From the human T2T-CHM13v2.0 reference genome, Homo sapiens, in assembly GCF_009914755.1 (NCBI RefSeq), contig NC_060927.1: a stretch of 64,000 nucleotides of DNA; one strand, 5' to 3'. The notes beneath the pieces are model-generated. The model saw only the letters and a program-made list of their open reading frames with translations. It was not told the DNA's origin and did no database searches. The translations under genes were made by a program, and so were the position numbers. Positions 1 to 14,864 of the stretch are shown in pieces. Each line of letters starts with the position of its first letter. Position 1 is the stretch's first letter.

Positions 1-254
1 TGCATGCTCTACCATGGTGGCCCCTTGGGATTGCTAGGGATACATCTTTGTAACTTCAAAGAGCTATGAGAACACACTTAAGTTTGAGTTATTTCTGAAT
101 CTGGGGGGTCAAAGGTGTCCTGTACATATTAAAACACCATAAAATAGTGACTTGCCTTTTAAACTTTTAATGAAGTTTTCTCCTCTCACTTGAAGAACAC
201 TTTTACAATTAAAAAATTGTACCTCTACATAAGTCATATGCCTGGAAGTATATG

Positions 255-492
255 ATGTACATATATGTAATGCACAAATATTTTACATCTAAAATATTTA
301 TTTATTTATATTACACTTATATATTTAAATGCATTTATGAGAGATAAAATAACTATATATTCATATCAAATTTTATTGTTTATATTACTCTGTATTTATT
401 ATAATTTATATTATTAATATATGATGTATGTTATTAACATATAATATGTAGTATATTATATGTTACTAATATACTATGTCAGTATATGAATA
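255..492. repeat. AT-rich low-complexity (TA-rich) tract
   Basis: Almost entirely A/T with degenerate TATA/TTTA units. Confidence 0.8.
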
Positions 493-880
493 TGACCACT
501 TTTCCCAGGGCCTGAGACTTGGCCAACCCAACTGATGCCATCACAACCGATACCCACCCACACGGGCTTATGTAAGCCTTCTGCTTACATAAAGCAGCAG
601 TGTTACGACATCCAAGAAGAAGAGAGATACAAAGCTATCCATAGTGGGCTGAGTGATGAGGTTCTGCCCTGAAAGCATTCCCACAGAAAGCCGCAAAACC
701 ATTTCCAATGGCTCTCAATCACATTGTGGTCTGGAGAGAGACTACAGTGTGTGCCTGAACTAGCAATCATGTGCCCCTGGAACAGGGATGAGATAGAGAA
801 ACATATCACATTCCTGCCTGTCTAAAATGAAGGGCCAGTGCAGTTTACCTCCACTTCTGCCCATCCCTGCCCACCCCACG

Positions 881-922
<42 letters not shown>
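881..922. repeat. (CA)n microsatellite
   Basis: acatacacac...acacag run. Confidence 0.95.
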
Positions 923-926
<4 letters not shown>

Positions 927-1398
927 CTTTTTCAGGGCTGGTGCCTGCACTTACCATTGGGGTATTCATGAGAAAGCTAGGGGCTCCAGCTCTCCCTAGC
1001 TGTGTCTCCTCACTTCTGTAGAACAGGAAGATCAGGCACCAATTAGCCCACTGTGCCACCAATCACTAGAAACCAAAAAGAGCACTTCATAGTAAACAAA
1101 GATCAGGTACCTATATATCTGCTGGTCTCACAGATGGCTTTTACCCATAATCACCATATACTGGCCTATAGATTGAATTGCAATATAGAACTGGATGAAA
1201 GTGTATAGGGCTATAGAAGCAAAGCCAAAAATCCCTACCCAATGTACACTATAGTCACATCCCCTCAGGAGGGAGGGAAGGGAAAGAAAAAGTAACTCCT
1301 ATCACATTAAAATAATTACAAAACTTAAAAGTGCCAGCATCTTAAGATGAGAAGGAACCAGCATAAGAACTCTGGCACCACCAAAAAATCTGTATGTT

Positions 1399-2324
1399 AT
1401 GATGCCACCAGAGAATCATACTAGCTCTTTAGCCATGGACCCTAAACAAAATGGAAACTCAGAAATGACAGATAAAGAATTCAAAGTATGGATAGCAAGG
1501 AAGTTCAAAGAGCTCCAAGGCAAAGTTGAAAATCAATATAAAGAAACTACTAAAGCAATACAGGAAATAAACAAAGAGATAAACATTTTTTAAAGTCAAT
1601 CAAAACTACTGGAATTAAAAAACTCATTTAAGGAATTTCAAAATATAGTTGAAAGCTTTATAAATAGACTAGCCCAAGCAGAAGAAAGAATTCCAGAGTG
1701 TGAAGACTGCTTATTTGATCTAACCCAATTAAACATAGAAAATAATTTTTAAAAATAATAATCTTCAAGAAAATGAGATTATGTAAATCAACCAAACCTA
1801 CAAATTATTGGATTTTCTGAAGGAGAAAGAGAACGGAAAAACAACATGGAAAACATATTTGAGGAAATAATTCAAAAAAAATCCCTAATCTCGTAGAGAT
1901 ATAGATATGTAGGTACAAGAAATCCAAAGTACACATGTGAGATAATTTGCAAGATGAACATCAGTAAGGCATATAGTCACCAGACTGTCCAAGATCAAAA
2001 AAACAAAACAATGACAACAACAAAAAAAACTTTAGGGCTGCTAGAGAAAAGGGTCAGATTACTTAAAAAGGGAACAACTTCAGGCTGAGAGTGGAATTCT
2101 CAGGAGAAACCTTCCAAGCCAGAAGAGACTGGGAGACTATTTTCAGCATTCCTAAAAAGAAAAATTTTCAACCAAGAATTGAGTGTCTCATCAAACCAAG
2201 CTTCATAAGCAAAGCAGGAATAAAATCTTTTCCAGATAAACAATTGCTAAGGAAATCTATTACCATTAGGCCAGTCCTACAAGAGATCCTTAAGGGAGTT
2301 ATAAACATGGAAGTGAAAGAATAA
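1399..2324 (+). pseudogene. L1 ORF1p remnant (frameshifts and stops)
   Basis: Fragment ORFs 1399-1593 and 2091-2324 resemble L1 ORF1p. Confidence 0.85.
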
Positions 2325-3334
2325 CAACTATTTCTACAAAAACACTCTTAAGTACGTAACCCACGTACCCTAAAAAGCAACTACACAATCTAGACTATAA
2401 AACAACCAGCTAACAACATCAGGATATGATCAGAATCCCACATATCAATATTAACATTTAATATAATGGTCTATACAACCCACTTCATAGGCACAGAGTG
2501 GAAAGTTAAATAAAACAACAATAACCATCTGTTGTATTCACGGGACCCCTCTCACAAGAAATGACACCCATAGTCTCAAATCAAGCATTGGAGAAATATC
2601 TATCACACACACAGAGAACAAAAAAGAGCAGCAGTCACTATCTGTATATCAGATAAGATGAACTTTAAATCAACAACAGTAAAAAAGGACAAACAAGAAC
2701 ATTATGTAATGATAAAGGATTCAATTCAACAAGAAGACTTAACTATGCTAACATACATACCCAACATGAGAGCACCCAGAATCATAAAACCAAAAGACTT
2801 ACACAGTCACCCAATAAAAGTAGGGAACCTTAGCACACCACTAACAGTTTTAGCTAGACCATCAGGGCAGAAAACCAACAAAGAAATTCTGGACTTAAAA
2901 TTAACATTTGACCAATCAGACCTAATAGACATCTACAGAACACCCCAACAAATAACCACAGAATATACATTCTTCTCACCTGCCCAGGGAACATACTCTA
3001 CAATCAACCACATGCTCAGACACAAAGCAAGTCTCAGCAAATTTTAAAACACTGAAATTATACCAAGCATACTCTCAGACAACAGTGGAATAAAAATGTA
3101 AATTAATACCAAGAAGATCTCTCAAATCCACACAATTACATGAAAATTAAGCAACTTGCTTTTGAAGGACTTTTGCATAAACAATGAAATTAAGGCAACA
3201 ATCAAAAATTATTTGAAACCAATTATACAAAGACGCAACACACCAAAATCTCTGGGATGCAGCAAAAGCAGTGTTAAGAGGAAAGTATATAGCACTAAAC
3301 GCCTAAAGAAGTTAAAAAGATCTCAGAGTAGCTA

Positions 3335-4357
<1,023 letters not shown>

Positions 4358-5404
4358 TTAGCAAAGAAAAAAAGAGAAAATTCAAATAAGCTCAATCAGA
4401 AAAGGAAAAGGTGACATTACAACTGATATGACAAAAATATTAAAGATCTTCAGAGACTGTGATGAACTCATCTATGCACACAAAATAGAAAATCTAAAGA
4501 AAAAGTACAAATTCCTGAAAACACAGAACCATCTGAGATTGAATTAAGAAGAAATTGAAATCCTGAATAGACCAATAAGTTCCAAAATGGAATCAGTAAT
4601 TAAAAACCTACCAACCAGAAAAAAGCCTTAGACCAAGTGGATTAACAGCTGAATTCTGTCAGATGTATAAAGAAGAGCTAATACTAATGCTAGTAAAACT
4701 ATTGCAATAAATCGAAGAGGAGGGACTCCTCCCTAAGTCATTTTATGAAGCCAGCATCATTCTGACATCAAAACCTGGCAGACACTATACAGAAAACTTC
4801 AGGCCAATACCTCTGATGAGCATAGATGCCAAAATCCTCAACAACATATTAGCAAACCAAATTTAGTAGCATATTGAAATGTCAATTAATCATGATCAAG
4901 TAGACTTCATTCCTGAAATGAAGGTTGGTTCAACAAATGCAAATCAGTAAGTATGATTCGCCTCATAAACAGCATTAAAGGCAAAAACTGATGATAATCC
5001 TAATAGATGCAGAAAAAGCTTTCAATAAAATTCAACATATCTTCATGATAAAAACCCTCAACAAACCAGTCATCAAAGGAACAAATCCACAAATCTACAG
5101 CCAACATCATACTGAATGGGTAAAAGCTAGAAATATTCCCCTTAAAATATGGAACAAGACAAAGATGCCCACTCTCACCACTCCCAATCAACATAGTAAT
5201 AAAAGCTCTATCCAGAGCAATCAGGCAAGGGAAAGAAATAAAAGGCAACTAAAGAGGAAGATAAGAAAACAACTTATCTCTCTTTACTGATGACATAATT
5301 CTTTATCTAGAAAACCCTAAAGACTCCATCAAAGGCCTCCCAGAGCTGATAAATGACTTCAGTAAAGTTTTAGGGTACAAAATCAATGTACAAAATTCAG
5401 TAGC

Positions 5405-5696
5405 TTTTTTTTTTTTTTTTTGTCTTGCTCTGTCACCCAGGCTGGAGTGCAGTGGCATGATCTCAGCTCACTGCAGGCTCTGCCTTTCAGGGTTCCAGTG
5501 ATTCTCCTGGTTCAGCCTCCCAGGTGGCTAGGATTACAGGCACGCACCACCACACCTGGCTAATTTTTGTATTTTCAGTAGCGACATGGTTTCACCCTGT
5601 TGGCCAGGCTGGTCTCGAACTCCTGACCTCAAGTGATCTGCCCGCCTTGGCCTCCCAAAGTGCTGGGACTACAGGCATGAGCCACTGAGCCTAGTC
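5405..5696 (-). mobile_element. AluS (Sx/Sz-like)
   Basis: Poly-T then antisense Alu; TSD aattcagtagc at 5394-5404 and 5699-5709. Confidence 0.95.
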
Positions 5697-6287
5697 ATAA
5701 TTCAGTAGCATTTCTATATACCAATAATGTCCAAGCTGACAGCCAAATCAAGAACACGATATCATTTACAGTAGCCACACATGAAAATAAAATACCTAGA
5801 CACATATAACTAAGATAGATCTAACCAAGGAGGTAAAACATCTCTACAAGGAAAGTTACAAAACCCTGCTGCAAGAAATCATATGTGGCCCAAACAAATG
5901 GAAAAACATTACATGCTCATGGATTGAAAGAATCAATATTATTAAAATGGTTTTATGGCCCAGTCTATAGATGTGATGCTATTCCTGTCAAACTACAAAT
6001 GTCATTTTTTCACAGTTAGAAAAAAACTCTTCTAAAGTTCATATGGAACCAAAGAAGAGCCTGAGTAACAAAACAATCCTAAGCAAATAAAAGGGAAAAA
6101 AAAGCTGGAGGTATCACATTACCCAAATTCAAACTATATTACAAGGCTACAGTAACCAAAACAGCATTGCAGTGGTATGAAAACAGACACATAGACCAAT
6201 GGAACAGAATACAGAACTCAAAGTAACTCCATACCTCTACAACCTTCTGATCTTCAACAAAGTCAACAAAAATAAGCAATGGGGAAC

Positions 6288-6673
6288 GTATTTGGTTTTG
6301 ATGTGTGTCTCCTCCAAATCACATGTTCAAATGTGATCCTCTATGTTGAAGGTAGGGCCTAGTGGGAGGTGTTGGATCATTCCCTTGGTGATTCCCTTGG
6401 TGATACATGAGTTGCTGCTCTATTAGTTCATGCAAGATCTGGTTGTATAAAAGAAGCCTGGAACCTCTTTCTCTCGTGTTTCCTCTCCCACTATGTGACA
6501 TGCTGGCTTCCCTTCACCTTCTTCCATGAATGTAAGCTTCCTGAGGCCCTGACCGGAATCAGGCACTATGCTTCATGTACAGACTAAAGAACTATGAGCC
6601 AAATAAGCCTCATTTTTTCATAAATTACCCAGCTTCAGGTACTCCTTTCTAGCAATGCAAATGGATTAATACA
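6288..6673 (+). mobile_element. MaLR solo LTR (MSTB-like) inserted in L1 ORF2
   Basis: Starts ...tttggttttgatgtgtgtctcctccaaatcacatgtt, ends gcaatgcaaatggattaataca; L1 sequence resumes afterwards. Confidence 0.85.
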
Positions 6674-7919
6674 GGAAATAACTCCCTATTCAATGAATGA
6701 TACTGGGATAACTGATTATACAAATGCAGAAAAACAGAACCTCTACCTTTCATCACATGCAAAAACTAGCTCAAGATGGATTAAAGACTTAGATGTTAGA
6801 TGTCAAACTATAAAATTCCTAGAATAAAAGTTAGGAAATACCTTTCCTGACTTCCTCCTTAGCAAAGAATTTATAATTAAGTTCTCAAAAGCAGTGCAAC
6901 AAGAAATTTGGCAGTTGGGACCTAATTAAACTAAAGATAATCTACACAGCAAAAGAAACTATCAATAGAGTAAACAGACAACCTACAGAATGAGAGAAAA
7001 TATTTGCAAACTATGCATCCAATAGAGGTCTAATTTCCAGAATCTAAGGAACATAAACAAATCAACAAGCAAAAACCAAATCACCCCATTAAAAAGTGAG
7101 CAAAGAACAGGAAGAGATATTTCTCAAAAGAAGACATATAAGCAGCTAACAAACATAAGAAAAAATGCTCATCACTAATCATCACAGAAATGCAAATCAA
7201 AACCACAATGAGATATCATCTCACACCAATCAGAATGGCTGTTATTAAAAAGTCAAAATATAACAAATGCTGGTAAGGTTGTGGAGAAAAGGAAATGCTA
7301 TACACTGTTGGTGAGAATGTAAGTTAAGCCACTGTGGCTTAACTTTGGAGCCACAGTTTGGAGATTTCTTTAAAAACTAAAAATAGAACAACTACTTGAC
7401 CCAGCAATCCCATTACTGGATATATATCCAAAGAACAATAAAGCATTCTGCCAAAAAGACACATGAATTCTTATGTTCATCCCAGCACTATTTACAATAG
7501 CAAAGACATGGAATCAACTTAGGTGCCCAACGAAAGTGGATTGGAGAAAGAAAAATTGCTATGTATACACCATGGAATACTATTCAGCTATAAAAAAGAA
7601 TGAAATCATGTTCCTGGCAGCAACATAGATGGAGCTGGAGGCCATTATCCTAGGCAAATTAATGCAGAAACAGAAAACCCAAATAGTACATGTTCTCACT
7701 TAAGTGTGGGAGCTAAACATTGGGCACTTGTGGACATAAAACAATAGTATTTATGAAAACAATAGACACTGGGGACTGCAAGAATAGGGAGAGAGAAAAG
7801 GGTCCAGAAACTAACTGCTGAGTCCTGTGCTTACTACCTGGGTAGCAAGATACCTTTGTAAGAAACATACTCATATATCCCTGAATTCAAAATAAAAGTT
7901 GAAGAAAAAAAGAAAACCC

Positions 7920-8150
7920 TTTTTAAAATCACAATATATTAATAATATATAAAATATCATTATATATTTGGCATCTTATTTACATTGAATAGTTTATATT
8001 TTATATATTTATTATATATTATATATTTATTATATCAAATACAGTTTATATATTATTTATTACATATAATACATATTTATCATTATATACTAATATTATA
8101 TATTATATATTATGTAATATATAAAATAATATATATGCCATATTATAATG
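7920..8150. repeat. AT-rich low-complexity (TATAT/TTATA)
   Basis: Degenerate TA repeats; source of spurious ORF 7985-8176. Confidence 0.85.
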
Positions 8151-8459
8151 TTTATGAGAAAACACTGAAACCTTGAAAATAAGCAATTATCTCTGTTGTG
8201 TGCCATCTTAGTGAGCAGGAGATCTTGTACGAAAAGAAGGAAGTTAAAGGTCTAGTTGGGGTATTATCATGAGGACCTGTAAGATGAAAAAAGAAGGAAG
8301 CTGTGTTTAGAGGCTTAATTCCTGGTTATAAAGTTGGAAAAAGACAGAAGTGCTATTTCTTCTTATTTCCTATCTTTCTTTCCCTTTACTCTATCTGAAA
8401 TAGTTCCCCCAAGACATTTGTTTCTTTCTATCTTCATACTTTGTTTTCTTTTTCTTTCT

Positions 8460-8648
8460 GATACCACTATCTAATCTACTTCATATTTTTTATTCATTCT
8501 TTGTTTGTTTGCCTGTCTTTGTTCCCTGGAGAACAAGCACTCTAAGAACAATGACTTCATTTTTATTTACTGCCGAATCTGTAGTGCCTTGCAGGGTGTT
8601 GGACACAGGTGCTGAATGAATGAATGAATGAATGAATGAATGAATGAA
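8460..8648 (+). mobile_element. L2 3' end with (TGAA)n tail
   Basis: gtagtgccttgcagggtgttggacacaggtgc followed by a perfect (TGAA)n array at 8613-8648. Confidence 0.7.
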
Positions 8649-9661
8649 ATCCCTTACTCAGGTTGACTCAGCTGTAGCTTTCCTCTTACTTGGTTTTAGG
8701 TCCTGTGTTTGAAGAAATTGTGGTACACTTCCCAAAAGACAAACGTGAAATCTTCTAAACTCTCTCATTCCACTGATAGGTCAACAGGGTAAAATTCCCT
8801 CAGGTTTACCTTTTATGTCACCTTTGGAACATATGATTATTGGTGCTGGATCTGTTATATAAAATGATGTTATTGCCTTAGGGAGCTTTTCAAGGAAGTA
8901 CTGAGTCACTAGATATTCATTTGATTTTAGGCCAATCACTTAGCTTAGCTATTTGCTTCAGATATTTTGTTAAGGTAGCACAAAATGGACTAAGACACCT
9001 GCTACTGTCCTTAAAATTCTTAACACAATTATTTTAGAGAACTTGGCCCTGTGGCTTAGACATTTCCCTCAAACCATGTCACTATGACTACAAAACAGTG
9101 AAAAACACACTAATTTCTCTGTCAAAAGAAGGAAAAGGAAAGCTCTATTTACTTTATAAATGCTTAATTATAGAAGCCTTGAGCCAGTCAAAGAATGTTG
9201 GTTTCTATATTAAACATAGCCCTCTTTGCCTTTTTCATTTATAAAGTAAAGATGCATTAGAATTTGCAAATATAGAAAGATTTGCAGGTCATTTTTTCTT
9301 ACCTTACCAATGTCATGATAAATTAAAAATTAATTTTTAAATGCTAAGAATAAGCACTCTTTCATTTACTTTTAGCTTTATTCTGCTAGAAGCTTGACTT
9401 TATCACAAACTACTTAATAATAATATTATTTTCATTTGGGTTTTTTTTTTTTAACTAAAGACAAGTCAATGTATTTAGCTACCCAGACCTAAACCAGCCT
9501 TTTAAGGAAACCCCAATATGCTCTATAACAGGTGATGTCACCTTTGCAACAAATAATTGGCTATGACTGTTAATGGCCTATAACAGGGTATACCCAAGAG
9601 GGACACAACATACTAGAAAGAAAGCTACCACCCTATTGGAACTACCTCTTGAGAGGCTTGA

Positions 9662-9664
<3 letters not shown>

Positions 9665-9714
<50 letters not shown>
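9665..9714. repeat. (GT)n microsatellite
   Basis: About 25 perfect GT units. Confidence 0.97.
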
Positions 9715-9717
<3 letters not shown>

Positions 9718-9810
9718 AAGAGAGAGAGGGGTCAATCTTTATCAACAGAGAGAGAAGTTTAGCTTTATTACCACAAGAAAGGCATGATAAAGCAAGAAGT
9801 GATGAGAATT

Positions 9811-10409
9811 TGTATTAGTCTGTTTTCTCCAGACAAACAGAACTAATAGGAGATCTATACATGTGTGTATGTGTGTGTATTATAAGGTATGGATTCTCCA
9901 GAGAAACAGAATAAGACACGTGTGTGTGTATACCAATCACTATACATATAAAGAGATTTATTATAAAGAATTTGCTCATATATGTAAAAAGATTTATTAT
10001 AAGAAATTTTCTCATATGGTTATGCAGGCTGAGAATTCTCAAGATTTGTAGTTGGTGAGCTAAAATCCCCAGAAAGTCAATGGTTTAGTTTCTGAGTCCA
10101 AGTGCCTGAGAACTAAGAGACCAGGTGGTGCTAGGTCCAGTTTGTGTTCAAGTCCAAAGGCAGGAGGAGACCAATGTCCCAGACAGAAGGAGAGAATTAT
10201 CTCTTAGTTAGTCTTTGTTTTATTCAGGCCTTGATGGATTAAATGAGACCCATCCATGTTGGGGAGGGCAATCTATTTTACTCAGTCTACTCATTCAAAT
10301 GTTAATCTCATATAGAAATACCCTCAAAGACACAGCCAGAATAATGTTTAGCCAAATATCTAGGCATCCCATGGCACAGTGAAGTTGATATATAAAATTA
10401 ACCATCACG
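9811..10409 (-). mobile_element. ERVL solo LTR (MLT2-type)
   Basis: tgtattagtc...ttctccagagaaacagaa at one end and gaagttgatatataaaattaaccatcac at the other, typical of antisense MLT2; has internal duplications. Confidence 0.85.
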
Positions 10410-10771
10410 ACATCTAATGTTTTGAACAAAGATTATGACTAGGTGACAGAGCAGAAGCACCATTATATTGGACAGATACTGCTATTAAAGCTTCTTTTTA
10501 GCCCTATGCATTTTAAGAAATTTTTTTTTAACTATAAGCAGCCAGAAAAAGCAAACAGTAAAACACAAATAAAATGCTTGGGCACAAAGGAAGGTAGGGG
10601 AAAAGTTTCTTGTGTAACTGTCAAACATGACCTTTACACAATGGGCCCCAGTAAAACAATGGGCCTTAATAAGCACATTCTTTCCCTTCAGCTGCACTAA
10701 AATAGGAAAGCTAAAAGCAAACTCGGGGGGTATGCCTGCAGCTGCAGGAAAATGTATGGGAACAAACACGT

Positions 10772-10898
10772 AACTCTCCCTCCCAAATAAGCACAACAAA
10801 AAAACACAAAAGCAGTCCAAGCCTCTAATAAACTCTCCCTCCCAAATAAGCACAACAAAAAAACACAAAAGCAGTCCAAGCCTCTAATAAACTCTCCC
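10772..10898 (+). repeat. Perfect 59-bp tandem duplication inside the LTR
   Basis: 10772-10830 is identical to 10831-10889, followed by a third aactctccc. Confidence 0.97.
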
Positions 10899-10988
10899 AC
10901 CCTAAATCCTTAAAAACGTTTAGTCTGTAAAAAAGTGTGCCTCTAATCTAACTCGGTCAAAAGCTCCTCTCAGGTTTGTTTTCTCTAA

Positions 10989-11344
<356 letters not shown>

Positions 11345-11444
11345 CCACTTTAATTCTTACACTAGGTACCTGTGACCCTTGCTGGGCCATTCTACTCTCC
11401 ATGTGTCCTAGTTGTGTGACTGGGTTAAATTATGTTTGTTAAGC

Positions 11445-11640
11445 TCATTTTCTATCCATTTATTAATTCAACTAATATCTATCAAGCAAATACTACATGC
11501 CATGTGTCTTATGGATAATGCAATAGTGATCAATAAAGATAAGTTCTCTACCCATATGAATTTGAGTGAAATGAAGGAAACAAACAATAAAACAGGAAAT
11601 AATCTTTTTAATTGCTGTATTAGGGGAAATAAAATACCTC
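11445..11640 (-). mobile_element. L2 3' fragment
   Basis: cattt/attcaac...caaatactacatgcca pattern of an antisense L2 tail; highly diverged. Confidence 0.5.
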
Positions 11641-11804
11641 TGAGATAATATTATCCAGAAAGAAAATCTAGGTTACGGTCATTTATTAAGGGAGTAAGTT
11701 GTTTATACTTTTTATATTATATTTCCTATTAACTTTTTTTAAAAATTGTACATTTTTGTTTATTTTAGTGTGAAAAAGTTTACCTTTTAGGTGAGTATGT
11801 GAGT

Positions 11805-12143
11805 ACAGTTCATATCTGTGGGTTCCACATCTGTAGATTAAACCAACCACAGATTAAAAATATTTTATAGAAATGATGGTTGCATCTGCACTAAACATGT
11901 ACAGACTTTTTGTCTTGTCATTTTTCCTAAAAAATAAAGTATAACAACTATTTTACACAGCATTTTCATTGCACTAGGTGTTACAAGTAACTAGAGATGA
12001 TTTGAAGTATACGGGAAAATGTGCATAGGTTATAAGAAAATACTACACCATTTTATATGAGGGACTTAACTTGAGCATCCATGGGTTTTGGCATCCACTG
12101 GAGTTCCTGGAATCAATCCCTCATGGATACCAAGAGACAACCG
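11805..12143. mobile_element. MER2 (Tigger-derived non-autonomous DNA transposon)
   Basis: ta|cagttcatatctgtgggttccacatctgtagatt...atggataccaagagacaaccg matches the MER2 layout. Confidence 0.8.
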
Positions 12144-12262
12144 AATATATATATACACATTCACACATACACATATATATATACACACACATATATACAC
12201 ATGTATATATATACACATACATACAAAAACACACTGGAAATGTGTGTGTTTGTGTGTGTATA

Positions 12263-12301
<39 letters not shown>

Positions 12302-12317
12302 GTGTGTGTTTGTGTGT
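12144..12317. repeat. Compound (TA)n/(CA)n/(TG)n simple repeat
   Basis: Alternating purine-pyrimidine tracts including ~16 TA units at 12266-12298. Confidence 0.9.
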
Positions 12318-12593
12318 AATTCTAAATCATCAAAGTTTTTGTTAGTACATAACCCACCACACAATGGGAATTTGAAAAAGAGAGAGGAAAGATTGCTACT
12401 CAATAATTGTATTTTAGATTTAACCTATAATGAAATGGAGCACAAATATGCAGCTACTGTAAGTAGAAGGAATAACTCTCGGACTGGAATAATATTTCTA
12501 TAGCCTAATTGAACTTACTCATCATTCATAGCAAGGTTGTTTCCTATAGAAGTATGGTCTGCAGGGTCAGCAATAGAGGAGTGGAAAAGCTGA

Positions 12594-13187
12594 GTATATT
12601 AGTTTTCTATCGTTTCCATAACAAATAAATGAAAAACTTTGTAGCGTAAAACACAAATTTATCATCTTCCAGTTTAGATGTCCAGTATAGGTCCTCAGCA
12701 GGCCAAATCTAGTATATTGGCCACCTTTGTTCTATTCTGGAGGTTCTAAGAGAGAATCCTTTTTTTTTTTTTTTCTCTCATTCAGGTTGTTGGCAGAATT
12801 TAGAATATAGTTCCCTGTGGTTGTAGGACAGAGGTCCCCGTTTTTGTACTGGCTATCAGCTAAGAATCCTTCCCAGTTTCTAGAAGCCACCTACATTCCT
12901 TGGCTCATGGACCCCTTCCTCCATCTTCATATCCAGGAACAGCAGATTAAGTCCTTCTCATGTCATACTTGTATGAGCTACATTCTGCCTACCTTTTCCA
13001 CTTTTAAGATACCATATGATTATATTAAGCCCACCCAGAAAATCCAGGATAATTTTCCCATCAGAGGATCAGCTGATTAACCTTAATTCCATCTGCAATC
13101 TGATTTCCCTTTTCCATGTAACATATATATTCACAGTCATAACACCAAGATGCAAAGACCATGGGAGCCCAAATCCTGCCCACCACA
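12594..13187 (-). mobile_element. MaLR solo LTR (MLT1, C/D-like)
   Basis: gtatattagttttctat...ataacaaat start and atcctgcccaccaca end, typical of antisense MLT1. Confidence 0.75.
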
Positions 13188-13605
13188 TGGGAGAGAAAGA
13201 TCTTGGCAGGTCTGTCAGACTCCTTCCTGGAAAGTTATATCTTTACAAGAAACAGTAACATTATGATTTTTCTGACAGGGCTATATTTCAGTGGATGAGA
13301 ATGACTTAGCCTCCTTTTCTGAGAAGCACTTTATAAAATCATTTGACCTCTTCTGTTGTGTTTCCGACTTATCATGCTGCCTTCCAGCTTGTATCTGTAA
13401 TTTTCCATACTACAAAGAAATTTGCTGGCCCTGACACATCGATTTTCCTCTGTAATCTTGTATTGTTCATTGTGAATTAATAGATTGTCATGCACCTAAG
13501 TGAGCAAGTCTACCCTCTGAGATATAGATAAAGTCTTACCATACTGACCAATGAAAAGTGAGGTTGCAAAGAATACAATGCTTAATATTCACTAACCTCT
13601 AGAGA

Positions 13606-14320
13606 AGGACTTCTCAAGCTTTAAATGTATACAGATATCACCATACGCTGCTACTGCTGCTGCTGCTCCGTAAGCCACGCAAGTCTTGAGAAACTCTTGA
13701 CAAAGTGCAATCTTCAGTTGAGTAGCATCATCTGAGAACTTGTTAGAAATGCAGAAGCTTAGCCCTTACTCCAGATCAACTGATCAGTACAGCTGTAAGT
13801 GAGAAGCACTGCTCTAAGATCAGTAATTTTTAAAGGACCAGCAGTATTGGCATCATCTGGGAACTTGTTAGAAATGTAAATTCTCAAACCCCACTCCAGG
13901 TCTATTGAATCAGAATCCCTGGAAGGTTCTGATTCAATAGAATCAGTAGTCTGTGTTGTCACAGCCCTACAAATGATGCCGATGCAGGCTAAGTCAAGGA
14001 ACTGCTGGTCTAGAGTAATGGCTCTCAAACTTTGTTGCACAATAGAATCAGCAGGACAGTTTTTAAAATTTCTGATAGCCATATCATGTCTTACAAATTA
14101 ACTCAAAATGCCTGAGGGTAGAAGACAGCCATCAGCACTTTTAAAAGATCCCAGGTGTTTTCAAAGTGCAGTCAAGTTTTGGAACTAATACTTAAATTCA
14201 CCAATGCAAATGGCAACTCTGGCAGCTGTTCTCTGTTATCTCCATGTCAGAATCACCCAGCTGATGCCATGATCCCATTTCCAGAGATGCTGACTGAATA
14301 ATTCTGGGTATCAAAATTAT
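13606..14320. mobile_element. Cluster of 4-5 MER5A/MER5B (hAT-Charlie) copies
   Basis: Recurrent catcatctg(a/g)gaacttgttagaaatg and ctctcaaacttt...agaatca motifs joined at ctcta(a)ga/tctaga sites. Confidence 0.75.
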
Positions 14321-14864
14321 TTTTACCCTTAATGTTTTTTTATTTTACAAAAAGAAAAACTCACTATTTTTTATACACTGTTCTATGGGTCTTTATAAAT
14401 GCATTGAGTCATGTTTCCACTTCCAGAGTCATGATGAAGAGAAGTTCCATCATTCACAAAACTTTCTCTTCACAGAACCTTTTTAGGTTAACCCTTCTCC
14501 CACCATCAGCCCATGCAACCCCTGATTTTTCTTTTTATATGTGATTTAGAATAATTTATATTGATTTATTGTCTAATTAACAGATTATTTCCTCATTTGC
14601 ATCAGGTCCACTGAAGAGCCAAAGGCATTCTTTATCTCTATTACTGTCTCATATCTAGTGCTTCCATTTTGCTTCATTTCTATACTTCCCATCTCTCTGC
14701 TGAAAGCTCACATCTCATCTTGCATGTCATCCAAATTTAATATATTACACATTGTTATTTTAGATTCTGTGTCAGATAGTTTCAGTGTCTGTGACATACC
14801 TAACAATCACTGGGTTGACTGTTTTATTTCTTGGCAGTGTGTTTATTCTTCTTGCATTCTGTAT

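Noticed and set aside
12071-12503. Overlapping ORFs with YIYI/HTHT repeats
   Set aside because: Translation of (TA)n/(CA)n simple repeats and MER2.
12513-12545. 25-nt minus-strand micro-exon candidate (similar ones at ~8690, ~19440, ~44637)
   Set aside because: Phases are inconsistent with each other and such motifs are frequent by chance in AT-rich DNA.
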